Below, one piece after another: positions 42,627-63,695 of a stretch of 64,000 nt of DNA; position 1 is the stretch's first letter, and the number at the start of each line of letters is the position of its first letter. The notes beneath the pieces were generated by a model, which saw only the letters and a program-made list of their open reading frames with translations, searched no databases and had not been told where the DNA came from. The stretch is from Amoebidium appalachense (Eukaryota > Protista > Ichthyosporea), in assembly GCA_963693365.1 (NCBI GenBank), contig CAVNZM010000001.1, forward strand, positions 13,626,418 through 13,690,417, read 5' to 3'. Both the position numbers and the translations under genes were made by a program.

Positions 42627-43251
42627 CCCCTCCCCCCCACACACACACACAGTGTCACACACACCCGCACACACACACACACACGGGAGCAAAATCAACG
42701 CACAGCAAAAAGGATCCAGAGATCTGAAGGCCCTTCAAAAAACACAAACCATCGGGTACTGATTCAGAATTCGTTGATATGAAAGTTTATCTCATTCTGA
42801 CTGATGCTTGTTGCGTTAACAATGTGCAAGAACTACGTAGATCAAAGTTTGTAAATTCAATACATTGTTGATCAACGGTTAAACCATTACACCATCTCAA
42901 GGAATGCATACACAATTATTATTACCAATGATTCGACCGGGTACAAAGGCCTACATATATCAACCACAGTGTGAGTTTATGAGCAACATAATGAAACAGT
43001 ACATACTTTGAAGGCTATCATAATTAGTACGGGCTTACAGAAGAATAAAGAAAAACGAGGTTACATCTACGCGTATATCAGTCAACATATAATACAGACA
43101 AACATACATGTATATTCTCTTGATTATTGTTATATTGTTGTCCTTCCTCCGTTCTCCTCCCTCCCAATGGGGTACAACATACACTGGGCCTCCTGCAGCT
43201 GAAAACTGAACGTTCATCATTGATGTGTGCCTGTGTGTTTGTGTGTGCTTG

Positions 43252-43312
<61 letters not shown>

Positions 43313-43867
43313 CACATATCTTTCCATGCAGCACACATGCATACATGCAAATACGGGGCCCTATGTGGGTCATACATAATCATGCGGGCTAACCCAACCA
43401 TGCACCAAACACCACCATAATTCACTCTCATACGTATGGGCTGAGAACACACAATCAGGACCGACTACCCCCCCCCCCAAAAAAAATACACACACACACA
43501 CACACGGACACAGACACACACACACACACACCACCACCACCACTACCACACACAGACACAGCCACACACCACGTCCATCACCCATCCCCCAACCTCCTAC
43601 CCGGTTTCCCCTTTCGGGTCGTTTCGCTTGCCTGCTCTTGTGCGCGATCTACTCCCAAGTACCACACTCTATATAGATACATACAGCCATTCCGATAGGG
43701 TGCAGGTGTAAATAAAATAATCAAAAAAAAAATAATGTGTGTGCAATTTACGTGCAATCTCGTCGTGCAGTAGTGGAACTTTGAGATGCGACGTGCAAAA
43801 CTCCAAAGCCGTCAAATCCGGTGCAATCCTGGGCCGTGAGAAACCGAAATTTTCATAAGATTTCTGA

Positions 43868-44798
43868 TCAACAGTAGCCCCCCCTCCTCTCCAAGTGAAG
43901 CCTCCTCAACCCCTCGTTTGTCGCCTGATACACCATAGCCACCTGAACCATCTCCCCCCCATCCCCATCCCCCATCCCCTCGCCAACCCCCACCCCACCC
44001 CCCACCCCACCCCCGTTCCCTCCACCCACACCAACACCCGCACCCCCCCCACACGTAGAAATCCCTCGCATACCCCGCGACCATCCCTCCTGCCCCTTGG
44101 GCGGCGCCCGTCGCCCCTCCCCCCGCCGATCCCGCAGCTGCCCCAGACGCGTTTGCATACGAAGCGGAGGATGGGGACATGTTTTCGTGCGAGGAAGGCG
44201 CCTGCACGGTGTGCATCTGTTGTTGCTGTTGGTGAAACGAAATGATGTCCTGTTGATGCTGCTGTTGTTGTTCTTGTTGTTGTTGTTGTTGTAGAAGTTG
44301 GCGTTTTCTCTCCTCCTCCTCCCTGTCCCTCCTCCCCAGCCACAACTGATACTGAATCTCCTTCTGTCTTCTCACCTCTTCCATTTGAATTCGCAACCTC
44401 TCCGTACTGCCCATCATCATCCCTCCCCCCCCGCTTCCTCCATTTCCTATCCCGTTGTTCCCGCCGTGGTTAACTTGGTGGTGATGGTGGCGTGAGGTGT
44501 CATTCTGTTCGAAATGGTGGAAGTGGGGGTTGGTGGGGTAGTGGTGCTGGTATTGAGAGTGGTGGTGATGGTTGGGGTGGTTGGAGTGTTGTGCGTGCGG
44601 GACCGACGTAGGTTGGGATGGGTGAGGGGGCGTGGGGATGGGGTTGGGGTGGGACGCGAAGCCTAAGCCTCCGTGGAAGGATGGATGATGATGGTGGTGA
44701 TGGTCTGGGTAGGTGGGGGCCTGTGGCTGTGGCTGGGACTGGGGCTGTGTGTGTGTGTGTATGTGTGTGTGTTTGTGTTGCGTGTTTGTGTTTTTGTG

Positions 44799-44869
<71 letters not shown>

Positions 44870-44870
44870 G

Positions 44871-44934
<64 letters not shown>

Positions 44935-44949
44935 TTTGTGTTGCGTGTG

Positions 44950-45021
<72 letters not shown>

Positions 45022-45292
45022 CGCGCGTGCGTGTTGCGTGTTTTGTGTGTGTGTGTGTTGGGGGGGGGGGGGGGGGGTTTGAGGATACAGGGCGGGAAGA
45101 GGTGGGGAGGGGAGGGGGGGGGAGAGAGAGAGAAAGAGAGAAGCGGGGGGAGGGAGGGGGGGGGGGGGGGGGGGTATGAGCAGTTTTCTTACGGTTCCCA
45201 AACGCCCATGCACGGGAGTGATATCAGGTAGCCAGTGGGGGGAGTGTCTTCGTGCGTGTGTGTGTATTTAATGGTCGTGGTGGTGGTGGTGA

Positions 45293-45337
<45 letters not shown>

Positions 45338-45727
45338 AGTTCCCATCGACAAGCTCACCACGACAATTGAGTTGATGTAAATAGAAGCCTATAATTTTTC
45401 TTCAAACATTGAAACATTATTGCGGAGGCACAGAAAGACCGAGGGCAGGGGGGGGGGGGGGGGGGGGGGAGAAGGGGGAGGCTGGCAGAACAAGGAAGGG
45501 AAAGAGGGGGGGGGGGGGGGTGGGGGAGAAGGGGAGAGGGGGAGGGATGCATGGGTTACATGGGGTGTCAATTATGCGAACACAGGCAAGGAAAAACCTC
45601 GAAGGGACGAGGGAAAAAAATAAAAATAAAAAAAAAATAAAAAGGGAAAGAAAGGAAGAACAGCGCAGAAGGAAGATGCGTGGACCGAGCTTATCATCAG
45701 GGAAGACGGGGGGAGGTGTGTGTGCGT

Positions 45728-45758
<31 letters not shown>

Positions 45759-46215
45759 GGGGGGGGAAGGGGGTCCTATGCTTCCACAAAAGATTGGCTT
45801 TCGACTCTTTAATCTCTTTCGCATGGTACCCAACCCAACCCTTGCTCAAACGGCAGTAGGCAAGTAAGCCAGTCATGACAAAAGACGAGTGAATGGAGAG
45901 GGGGTTAGGTGGGGTGGAGAGGGGGAGGGGGAGGGGGAGGGGGGGGGAATCGACTAATATCAGTTGTGTAAAAAGAATCCAAGCATTATAATGCGCTATC
46001 CCCTCCCCCCATCCCCCCTCCCCCCTCCCCGGGACACAGAGACACACACACAGTTGACACGTATGAAATGATTGATGATGTGAATATAAGAAAACTTGTC
46101 GGCACGGACAGAGAAAAAAAAAAACGCCTTGTGTTTGTGACTGTGTATCTGTGTGTGTGTGTGTGTATCTGCATGTGTACGTGCCTACGCATGTATGTTT
46201 GAGTATGAGTCAGGC

Positions 46216-46277
<62 letters not shown>

Positions 46278-47047
46278 TGCAAATGTGTGTGTGCCTGCAT
46301 GTGTGCCTTCATGCCTGCGTGTGGGCGGACGTGTGTGTATGTGCTTTCACGCACACACACGTGTACATGCCACGACTTTTGTGTAAGCATGTGGGTGAGG
46401 GTGAGTCCACAAACACACAGCCGGGCTTTTGGTACCTGGAATTGATGTTGGTAGGGATAGCCCTCCCCGCTGTCCTCCCTGTCAAAACACAGACACACAG
46501 AGATCCCTGTGAGCAACCTCAACTCCACCTCCCACTCATATGTCATAAACCAACCACCGCTTCTGCCATTCTAGCGCCTGGGCAGTGAGCCACATTGGTG
46601 ATGTCATTCTGGGCACACTTTTCACACAGCCGTGTAGACGCCCTGAAAAAAGCACGAAAATGGGCTGGGCTGCAAGCTGCCTGTGCCGTATATGTCGACA
46701 TCATCGACCTCGGCAATGTGACAGTGGCGAATTTTGATCACGTAACCTGATTGGTAAGAAACATTTAAAGAATGTGGTTCTCGGGTGCTCGCAGCCCAGG
46801 CGCGAAAATGATAGAAGCGGTAATTGGTGCCAGGTCTATGTCGGCGTTTTCGCTGATTGGTGTCGACATGCCGGACGGTATGACTCAGTGTGACACCAGA
46901 CATTAAAAGAAATCAATGATTGGATTTTGGGTGTCCTTTTCACATGCAAAGGGTACCAAGAGAAATGTCGACATGGCCGTTAAATAATCCTGAACATTGA
47001 GCTTGTGGATATCTCGCGCTGCACTTTGTCGCAAGGCCAAATGAATT

Positions 47048-47098
<51 letters not shown>

Positions 47099-47155
47099 AC
47101 TTACCCACACACACACACACCCACACGCCTTCCCCTCCCCTCCCTTTCCCTCCCC

Positions 47156-47191
<36 letters not shown>

Positions 47192-47306
47192 ACCCCCCAC
47201 ACACACACCTGTACCGCTTGGCCCCTTGGCCTCCCAGCTCCCCCTCGTCTTCATCTGCCGGCCGTTTCCTGCAGAAGATATGCCACCAGTGTGAGCCTTC
47301 CTGTAT

Positions 47307-47342
<36 letters not shown>

Positions 47343-47796
47343 TTGTCTTTCTCTCTTTCCTTCTCCTTTGTGTGGGTTTGTCTGCGTGTAGGTGTATGTG
47401 CTTGACCCTTGCTTAGAGCACCATGAAAGTGCAGGGACACAGCGACATGAAGAAGCCAAGTGCAAAGGAGGAGGGGAAAGTGAAACAGGGGCATGGTGCT
47501 GCCCCGGGACCCGGGGGGAGGGGAAGGGGGGGGGGGGGGAATTCCAACAGACGAAAAGGGGTTACGAGTAAAGGGAAAGTGGGGCAGTTTTTTTTTTTTT
47601 TGGGAGGCGGCGCCGGGAAAGAGGGGGGGGGCGCAAAGCTAGCCGTAACCGATATCAGAAACTAAACGGTTGGAAAGGGCGCCAGAAAAAGGTAGACCGG
47701 AGAGGGGGGGTGGGTGGGGGGGGGGGGGGGGGGGGGGGGGAGGAGAGAGACACAGAGAGAGCGAGAGAGAGAGAGAGAGAGAGGAAGGGAGGGAGG

Positions 47797-47861
<65 letters not shown>

Positions 47862-48001
47862 GAGCGAGAGAGAGAGAGAGAGAGAGAGGAGGTGGTGGTA
47901 GAGGTGGTGGGGGTGGAGGTGGAGTAAAGGTACACGGCAACCCTCCCCCTCCCCCCCCCCCCCCCCCCCAAAAAAAAAAAAAAAAAAAAAGAGGAGAGAG
48001 A

Positions 48002-48059
<58 letters not shown>

Positions 48060-48236
48060 AAGGCAATCACATATTTACTACGTATCCTCTAATGCATCAC
48101 CTCCCCCTGCCCCCCTCATCTCCCGCCCCCCTCTCCCCACCCCGAACCTTCCATCCTGCCTACCCCTAAACAGGGTCCGACCAAAAAACACACAGGGAGA
48201 GAGAGAGACATACACACACGTTCACAGGCACACACA

Positions 48237-48273
<37 letters not shown>

Positions 48274-48403
48274 GGAGGGAGGGAGGGAGGGAGGGAGGGA
48301 GGCCTGGGGAGGGAGGGAGGGAGGGAGGGAGGGAGGGAGGGAGGGAGGGAGGGAGGAAGGAAGGGAGGGAGGGAGGGAGGGAGGGAGGGAGGGGGGGGGG
48401 GAG

Positions 48404-48495
<92 letters not shown>

Positions 48496-48867
48496 AGACA
48501 CACAATGCATATGTGCACACATCCACAACAGAACCCATTCCCTGCCACCTTTCTACTACTGCCTTCACTCAGGCTGACCCAACCTTCCTTCACCCAATAC
48601 CCCTCCCCCTCCCCCCCCCCCCCACCACCACACCACCACCACCACCTTCTACGCCCACACACAGAAACAACCACATCCCTATACACGGCAACAAAAAACC
48701 ACAGACACACACAAGCCACCACCTCCACCGCAGAAACCAGTCCCCTTCCCATTTATCCATTCGTTATACCTAAGGTATACCCCCTCCCCTCCTTCCAAAA
48801 AAAAAAAAAAAAAAAAAAAGATTCCCGGCAACTTTCACCTTAATCCATTATCACCTACAACCCCTCA

Positions 48868-48898
<31 letters not shown>

Positions 48899-49490
48899 TC
48901 ACCCTCCCCCCACCTACCACCACCACCCCACCCCAACACCTCCCTCCCCCCCCCCCCTCCCCCCCTACATCCCAACACACACACATACACACACATACAC
49001 GCACACACACACGCACACACACACTCACCTCCCCTCCCCTCTCCCCCCTCCTGCTTCCCCAGACCACTTCTCCCCTTGTTCTCCCCTTTCAACCTCCTGG
49101 TCACCACAAGATTCATAGCAGTTTGTCTCCTGTGTGCCTCTCACCTTCACCTCATCCTAACTCCTTTCCTGCCCCAAAAACAACGCTGCCCCTCCCCTCC
49201 CCCCCCCCCCCCCCCCCCTCTCTCTCTTGCTCCCACCCACCTTTCCCTCCTCAAGTTTCCAACCCGCCCACTTCCCCCCCAAACCCAAGTGGCACACCCA
49301 CACCTCCCTTTTTTCATCTGGACATCCTCCTCCTTACCTCCCTTATCGTTCCCCTTCTCAAAGCACACAGAGGCAGATTCAAGAACATCGACACATCTTA
49401 CCTGTTGATATTTAGGTCAGCAAACTCGTTTACGGGCATGTCTCCCCAGCTGCGCTGTCCCGGCAGCTGGTTGGGGTTGGCTGGCGTCAT
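43868..49490 (-). CDS. His/Gln/Gly-rich low-complexity protein (~347 aa) with a C-terminal helix resembling the FAM104/VCF1 motif
   Basis: Exons 49490-49402, 47300-47209, 46478-46436, 45247-45193, 44744-44055, 43942-43868 chain through phases 2,1,2,0,0 with GT-AG boundaries (1044 nt). The large exon encodes poly-His, a charged helix and poly-Gln; the last exon is VAMVYQATNEGLRRLHLERRGGYC*. The 5' exons are less certain, and extra small exons (e.g. near 48535-48575) are possible. Confidence 0.65.
46548..46829. mobile_element. Second, more diverged copy of the TA-flanked MITE (opposite orientation to 10026-10268)
   Basis: Left TA|AACCAACCACCGCTTCTGCCATTCTAGC. Internal blocks (GAGCCACATTG, TCACACAG, TGTCGACATC, CTGATTGGT, GAATGTGG) are colinear with the reverse complement of copy 1. 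Degenerate right TIR AAAATGATAGAAGCGGTAATTGGT. Confidence 0.75.
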
Positions 49491-51384
49491 GTCTGCAGGA
49501 AGGTGAGTCAGCATTTATACCATAACAGACATTGCATAGAAATTCAACGCAATACTGCCCTACGCTAAAACAGAAAATTTCTGTCTGAGGTATGTATATA
49601 AACACCAGAGTGCAGCTAAAAACGATTGCAAGATGCAACTTGGTTTACAACTCAGTGTGTTCTGCTACTTGGGTGTTTTTGTGTGCACCATTACCGGCGC
49701 GAACATGATCACCTTTGTGAGGGCAAAGCATCTTTGCTGCATCAACCAAAGTAGTACACAGAAGGTTAGGGCGAATGCTTTCTAATCCCCTCGACTCCTA
49801 GCGCCTACTGCCACACACAAGGAAATAAGTGCCTGTATAGGTGGTGATGGTGCATGGCATACAAATGAAAAAGGAAAGGCGTGCGGTTAGCTCTAAAATA
49901 CGGGTTGTGTGGTGTAACAAGTGAGCAGACGGGGTGAAAAAACAAAAGCCAAGTAGTGGTGGCTCTCCCTAAGCTCTCACTAAGGCTAACAAGGACGAAA
50001 CGTGCCAAGAACATCACAGAGCCTAACACGTTCTAAATGAGCAGGCCGCCACCAGTGATAAGCGTGAAAAACATGGTTTGGAAGGCGCAAACAAACCAGT
50101 CTACATAGAGCCTGAACCTCCACAAGCTCTCATCCTTCCAGATTATCCGGCCATCACCCATGCACTTAAACCTATTACGAACTTCTCGTCTTTCCATTGC
50201 GCCCGTTCACTATCGAATCCAGACAAAATAAAGAGAAAGGCAGGGAGATGTCAGAAACAAAGAAGACGAAAGACTTATCGACTGTTTCAGCTCCCTCCAA
50301 GCACAAACAACACTGAAAGGTCCCGGAAAAGACTCATTCAGGAGCCATACAAGCAGTCGTTGGGAGTACAGGAAAACTTACCCGCCAGAAGTTTAGCCTT
50401 TCCTTGAACAGCACAAGGTGTTCTTCTGACTCTTCTACTGTGAACAAGCGAAATTTGTTATTGGTCAGGATCCGTTGTTATGACAAGAACGAAACTTTGA
50501 AAAAGAAGCTTAGATGACCAAGAGCACATGCGTATTGACAGACCCAGCCACCTTAGGAGTAGGAAGTATCTGCCTGAATATTTAGCCAAGGAACCATAGA
50601 ATAGAAAAGGAAGAGAAAAGAAAAAGAAGGAGAGAGAGAAGTCAAGTCAAGCCTTCGACTTCGCTCCGTTTCAAGTTGAGGCGATGACGCAGTTACATTT
50701 GTTATGAAATATACAAGGGAAACGATAGTATCGAATCTGACTTGTGGCCACATATAAAGAAAGCTTGTTTATTCTCTATAATGCCTCATGGTGCGCTATG
50801 AAATTTCTAGCTCTGCTTTCATGAATAATCACACCTACAGCAGTTGTCTCAGTGTTTAAATACAATTTCTGTACAAAGCTTCCCGAGACATTCCAACTCA
50901 TTATGTCCCTCGCGGAGCCCAGTCGAATGATGATGTGTCGAGGAATCCTTAAGATATCGAAAAGGAAACGAGGATTATATTCGCGCCAAAATCTCCGATA
51001 CATCCTCTGATTGGTGAAGCGCGCACCACGTGACGTAATCGGTAGAGGTATAGTACAGTGAGCGCAAGGTGATTGGGTTTTCACCCTGGGACAACATTTT
51101 TCTCTCAGGATGCAGAAAAATGAACTAACACATACTCTGTTATTTACTTTGAATCGCATTTATTTTGGCGGAAATATCCATCATAATATTTCTTTTCGCC
51201 CCAGGCGAACCAGTGCTGTGTGCGCCGTTCCCGAGCTGAGGAGGCCTTGTCCCAAGTCCCGACTCCCGAGGCAAAATAAAATCCGAGCGTGACCACAAAG
51301 GAGCCAATTCCGTAAAAGGGGTCTTGCGCTGACCAATGCCTTGCACAAGAAAGAATGAGCATCCAATCAAAGTGTGCATGCATT

Positions 51385-51798
51385 CAGGGGTTGCCCGGTT
51401 TTGGCCGCGCCTTAATCGTTTTACCTCAATTGGCATCGTACTGTCGGAAAGTCTTAATCGTATTGGTGGGGTGTTTGTTAATGAAGACTTGTATAAACCC
51501 CAACGTTTTGTAATTTCAGATACCAATCTTGTACAAACTTTTACTTCACTAATAAAATGGAACCCTAAAAGAGAAAACAGGGCTTCGTATTCTTCTTTTC
51601 AAGCGCAAGAAATACCAACAGATCACTTTTATTATTATATAGAGTTCATTCATTTTTCATATATAAAGACATAAAATTACACGCTTGGAGCCTATATAAT
51701 TGATACGAACGGTGAATACGGCACCCTACAGTGCTAACCGTATTGGCCCCTGTGCTTAATCGTATTTTGGGTAAATACGATTCGTAAGGCAAACCCTG
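51385..51798. mobile_element. hAT-superfamily-type non-autonomous element (~414 bp) upstream of the DPP4 gene
   Basis: Termini CAGGGGTTGCC...GGCAAACCCTG; perfect 8-bp TSD CATGCATT (51377-51384 and 51799-51806); subterminal repeats CTTAATCGT(A)TT / CGTATT. Confidence 0.88.
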
Positions 51799-52078
51799 CA
51801 TGCATTGAAAACAAATTGCTCCAGATGTTCAAATCTTATGCATGATAGATCTGCGGATGTTATAATATAATAAAGATTAAGATTTCATGGAAAGCTATTA
51901 ATTTATAAAGCTTACAAGAGAAAGGGAATGTTCATTTCAATAAATATTTGGCTATTGCCGCCCTGCCTCGGTTGTTTACACTACCGTAGTGAGGTATATG
52001 TTGACCGGCTGCGGGGTTTTTTTTCTTCTTAGTTTGAGAGCCTTCCTACGAAGTTTTCCCTCTGCACGATTCTCAAAC

Positions 52079-59697
<7,619 letters not shown>

Positions 59698-59965
59698 AAA
59701 ATAGGAAGGAGGAAATAGGCGCACTGTAAACACACTCGGATAGATTAGATGACGAGCGGCTTTAGTTTAGTTATTTCATTTGTATGACTCGGTACCCTTG
59801 TGACTTAGATCTCGGTATCCATTCCACTTTTATCTCGTTACTTAGTTTGTGCTTTGTACATAGTGGCACCAGTGCGTTGTCCTCTTCTCGGTCTTCTAGA
59901 AATTCAGGCCCCGGCAACGGCGTGTAAAGACAATAAAAAATTATTTGATGATATGAATTTCTTCG

Positions 59966-60015
<50 letters not shown>

Positions 60016-60104
60016 CCGCGCATACTTCAATGTTTTCCTCTGCGTATGTTCTAGTGTTTCTCATCGTGTAGTTGTACTTCGTACCACGCGCGGCTGTGTT
60101 CCGC

Positions 60105-60142
<38 letters not shown>

Positions 60143-60195
60143 TCCACCCCCCCCCCTCCTCTCCTCCTCCCTCTCTCCCCTAACTGCCCGGCCTC

Positions 60196-60255
60196 CTGTT
60201 GTCCGTCATGAATGTGCACTCCGTACTAAGCAACACATCCTAAATCCCCTCCCTC
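60196..60255 (+). repeat. Copy of interspersed poly-C-tailed repeat
   Basis: TGTTGTCCGTCATGAATGTGCACTCCGTACTAAG...CTAAATCCCC. Confidence 0.7.
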
Positions 60256-61206
60256 CCCCACCTCCTCCACTAGGGGGGGGGGGGGGGGGGGGGATAAGGG
60301 GGAATAGCAGCAGGCCCGGGGAGGGGGGGGGAGGTAGGGGGGTTAGGATGTGTGTACCGCTGTGCTAATGTAATAGTAATAGTTGAACATGTTCAACCAA
60401 CAGGCCACATGCCCTCAGATCTAACAGTGGGGAGAAGGATCGGGTGGGGTTTTTTAGGGCTTGCGTGTTGGTCGGGGCAAATATCATCAAAAAAAAATTT
60501 TTTCTTTTTTTTTTTTTTTTCTGGCAAACATGATCATGATCAGGGCCAGAGAGGGAATTACATCCAGCTTGCCTCAAGCCCAAGCTTGTTCCCGGGGTTG
60601 TCTCCCCGTGATCACACTAATATTAATATTGGTGTGATATTATTCATTATATACATTTTTTATTATATACCAACTCATACTATACATATACACTAATACT
60701 ATTACATTAGCACATGTACACACTACCTAAAGCTGTCAGACCATTAAGGAGCTCCTACACCAAAACCCCAATGACGTCATCCTGCCATTTCAGAACCCTC
60801 CCAGCCACCACCACCTCAACACCTCAGTGATCTGATCCAAGCATAAATTCGAAAGATCTGAATATGCCAGAGCCCAACCAATCAGACCACACCATTAAAT
60901 CATTATAACCTGGCCACTCCGGGTGGCCAATACATGCAAACCATTATCTCAATTTGCAACAACAGCCCTTTAAAACTGATGTGAATATCAGAGGACACCA
61001 AAAAAAATGCGGAAAAACGTAAAATCATGCATTTCGAGCTTGGAACATGGATTAGCTTCAAAAGTTGCAACAGGTTAAGGCAGACTGCGGGACAACGAAA
61101 TTATTCGTTCAAACCGTTAAAACACACACCATTGACTGCCAACACCAAAACTAATGGTATCATATAAGGACGGAACGGGTTGCCAAGGGCGTGGAGGGCG
61201 GGCGGG

Positions 61207-61229
<23 letters not shown>

Positions 61230-61241
<12 letters not shown>

Positions 61242-61330
61242 TATCACGTTTTGAGGAGCACTAATGTATACATTCACGACGGACAACACATCACAGGGTT
61301 TGCAGGGCACACAAAAAGAGTACATACACA
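61230..61330 (-). repeat. Copy of interspersed poly-C-tailed repeat (minus strand)
   Basis: Reverse complement reads TGTGTTGTCCGTCGTGAATGTATACATT...(C)n. Confidence 0.7.
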
Positions 61331-61362
61331 CTCTAAGTAGAGCTCCTTAGGGGAAGGAGGAT

Positions 61363-61399
<37 letters not shown>

Positions 61400-61526
61400 T
61401 TGTACATGTACATGCCCACTGACCGAGGTAATGTAACCCCTCGCTCAGATCGTAACCGCAACGCCTTGTGCTGCTGTGCAACCACAAAGGAGGGCCAGGG
61501 CCTCAGAAGGCGGAAGCCTGATTGGC

Positions 61527-62003
61527 TCATGAGTGCACCGGCCTCCCATATCTGTCAACATCGCAGCCCTCCCATTCGTCCTCTCTCGCCCAATCATCAC
61601 ACAGACAATCCTCCGACTCGCATACCATGCACACGGCATTCTTTTTGCACCCCTTTGCGGTGTGGCCGTAACCAAGGCAACGCATGCAGCGATTGGCTGG
61701 GCACTTCTTAGTCACGTGACCCCTCTTTCCGCATTTGGCGCACTTTGGAGCCGCGCAATTGGCTGCGAGGTGACCAATCGCCTGGCACTTTGTGCATTTT
61801 GGCGCCTTGCAATCGGCCGACTTGTGGTTCCACTCCTGACACCTGTGGCATATTGTTATTGTTATTGTTTAGGTGTTAGATATTTTTTTTTTTGTTTTTC
61901 TTTATTATTATTTTTTGCCCCGGAGGGTGGGTTGTTGGTGGTGGTGGTGGACCACTGGTGGTGGTGGTGGTGGTGGTGGTGGTGGTGGTGGGGGGGGGGG
62001 GGG

Positions 62004-62046
<43 letters not shown>

Positions 62047-62242
62047 GGGGGGGGGGGGGGGGGAATAGAGAGAGAGAGAAAGAGGAAGAGAAAGTGGGGA
62101 GGGAGGGAGGGAAGGAAAGGGAGACAGTTCTGATGCAAGGAAGTCCCGGAAAGGCACATGGGGGAGGTTGAACGGGGGGGGGGGACACTTTTTCTCTTTC
62201 TTTTTCTTTTTCCTTCTTCTTCTTCTTCTTCTTTTTTTTTTT

Positions 62243-62288
<46 letters not shown>

Positions 62289-62699
62289 CATTTTTCTTGG
62301 ACTTTTCTCCATTTCTTTTTTCTTTACTTTACCTTTCTTTTTCTTTTTTTTATTATTTTTTTTGTAGGGGGGGAGGGGGGAGGAAAGGGGGGGATGTTTA
62401 CCGTGTACACCTTGGTACATAGTAGTCGCACACGCTTGGGGCATGGCCAAAGCCGCCACATTTTAGGCACCGTGACAACGGGCACTCATTTGCAGTGTGG
62501 CCTGCACGGGGGTTGTTGCAACGTGTACATGCGATGCACGTGTGCGTGTGGTAGTTGGCCTGGCCACAGGAATAGCACCACTGTGTACGTGTGTGTGTGT
62601 GGGTGTGTATATGTGGGGGGGGGGGGGGGGGGGGGGGGGGGGGAGGGCGGGGGGGAGAGTGAGAAGGAGGGGGGGGGGGGTAAGTGGGTGGGTAGGTAT

Positions 62700-62762
<63 letters not shown>

Positions 62763-63314
62763 CCTGTGTGTATGTGTGTGTGCGTGTTTGTGTGTGTGTG
62801 TGTGTGCGTGTCCGCACGCGCACACGCCTTCGTGCATGTATTTGTGTGTGTGTGTATTTGCCAAAACTCTGCACCGGAAGGGGGGGGGATGGGGGAGAGG
62901 GGGGGGGGGTGGGGGGAGGGAGGGGGCAGGGGGTGAGAGAGGGGGGAGGGGGGATGGGAAGGAGGGGAAAGGAGAGGGTGAGCAACACAAGAGGGCGATA
63001 GAAGTTGAGGGCTGCTGCTGGAATCTCAAGCAGCATTTGACGCCAAAACGGGTAAAAACCTCTTTTCACCAAAAACCACAAACAAACGTTGTCGGCTATG
63101 TTTCTTGGAGAAGATATAGACCTCCGCACCCCCCCTTTCCCCCCTCCCCCCCCCCCCCTCTTCCCCCTCCCCCGTGAGATTGGGGGTGAAGGGGGGGGGG
63201 GGGGGGGGGGTTGGCATGTGCTACACATTCATGACGGACAATAAAATGCACATTGCATAAGCACACATACAGAGTATGTATCATAAGCCACCGGAGAAAG
63301 AGAACAGAGGAGGT

Positions 63315-63355
<41 letters not shown>

Positions 63356-63616
63356 AGAGACGACGGGCGGGGGGGGGGGGGGGGGAGGGGGGAGGGGAGG
63401 GCGGGGAGTGGTGAAGGAGTTTACACATACCTCCTCACCACAAACACATTCCACTTGTTCACAGCCGCTGTTTTTCTCTGTGAGAATGTGGCAGGTGGGG
63501 CACCGACGGATTTTGGACTCCTTGATGTAGCGGTGGGTGTGTTCGTCGATATCACCACTGGCATCCTTATGCCTGATATCATAAAAATACCGTAAGTATA
63601 TTTTCAATGCACATTT
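61527..63616 (-). CDS. 3' part of an RBR-family (RING-between-RING) E3 ligase-like protein: Rcat/IBR-type domain followed by six CCHC zinc knuckles; 5' exons beyond the window
   Basis: Exons 63616-63431, 62580-62402, 61842-61527 in frame. [27 protein letters not shown]|WCYSCG (Rcat pattern), then [86 protein letters not shown]. The 5' boundary of the first exon is approximate. Confidence 0.88.
63195..63290 (-). repeat. Copy of interspersed poly-C-tailed repeat (minus strand, in RBR intron)
   Basis: Reverse complement reads ATGATACATACTCTGTATGTGTGCTTATGCAATGTGCATTTTATTGTCCGTCATGAATGTGTAGC...(C)n. Confidence 0.7.
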
Positions 63617-63646
63617 CTAAACAATCCTTCTCTGTCTCCTCCACCC

Positions 63647-63695
<49 letters not shown>

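Noticed and set aside
44421-44445. Apparent frameshift between the His-rich and Gln-rich parts of the minus-strand exon
   Set aside because: Recounting the G run shows one continuous frame (NGRSGGGGMMMGS); the exon length of 690 nt is divisible by 3.
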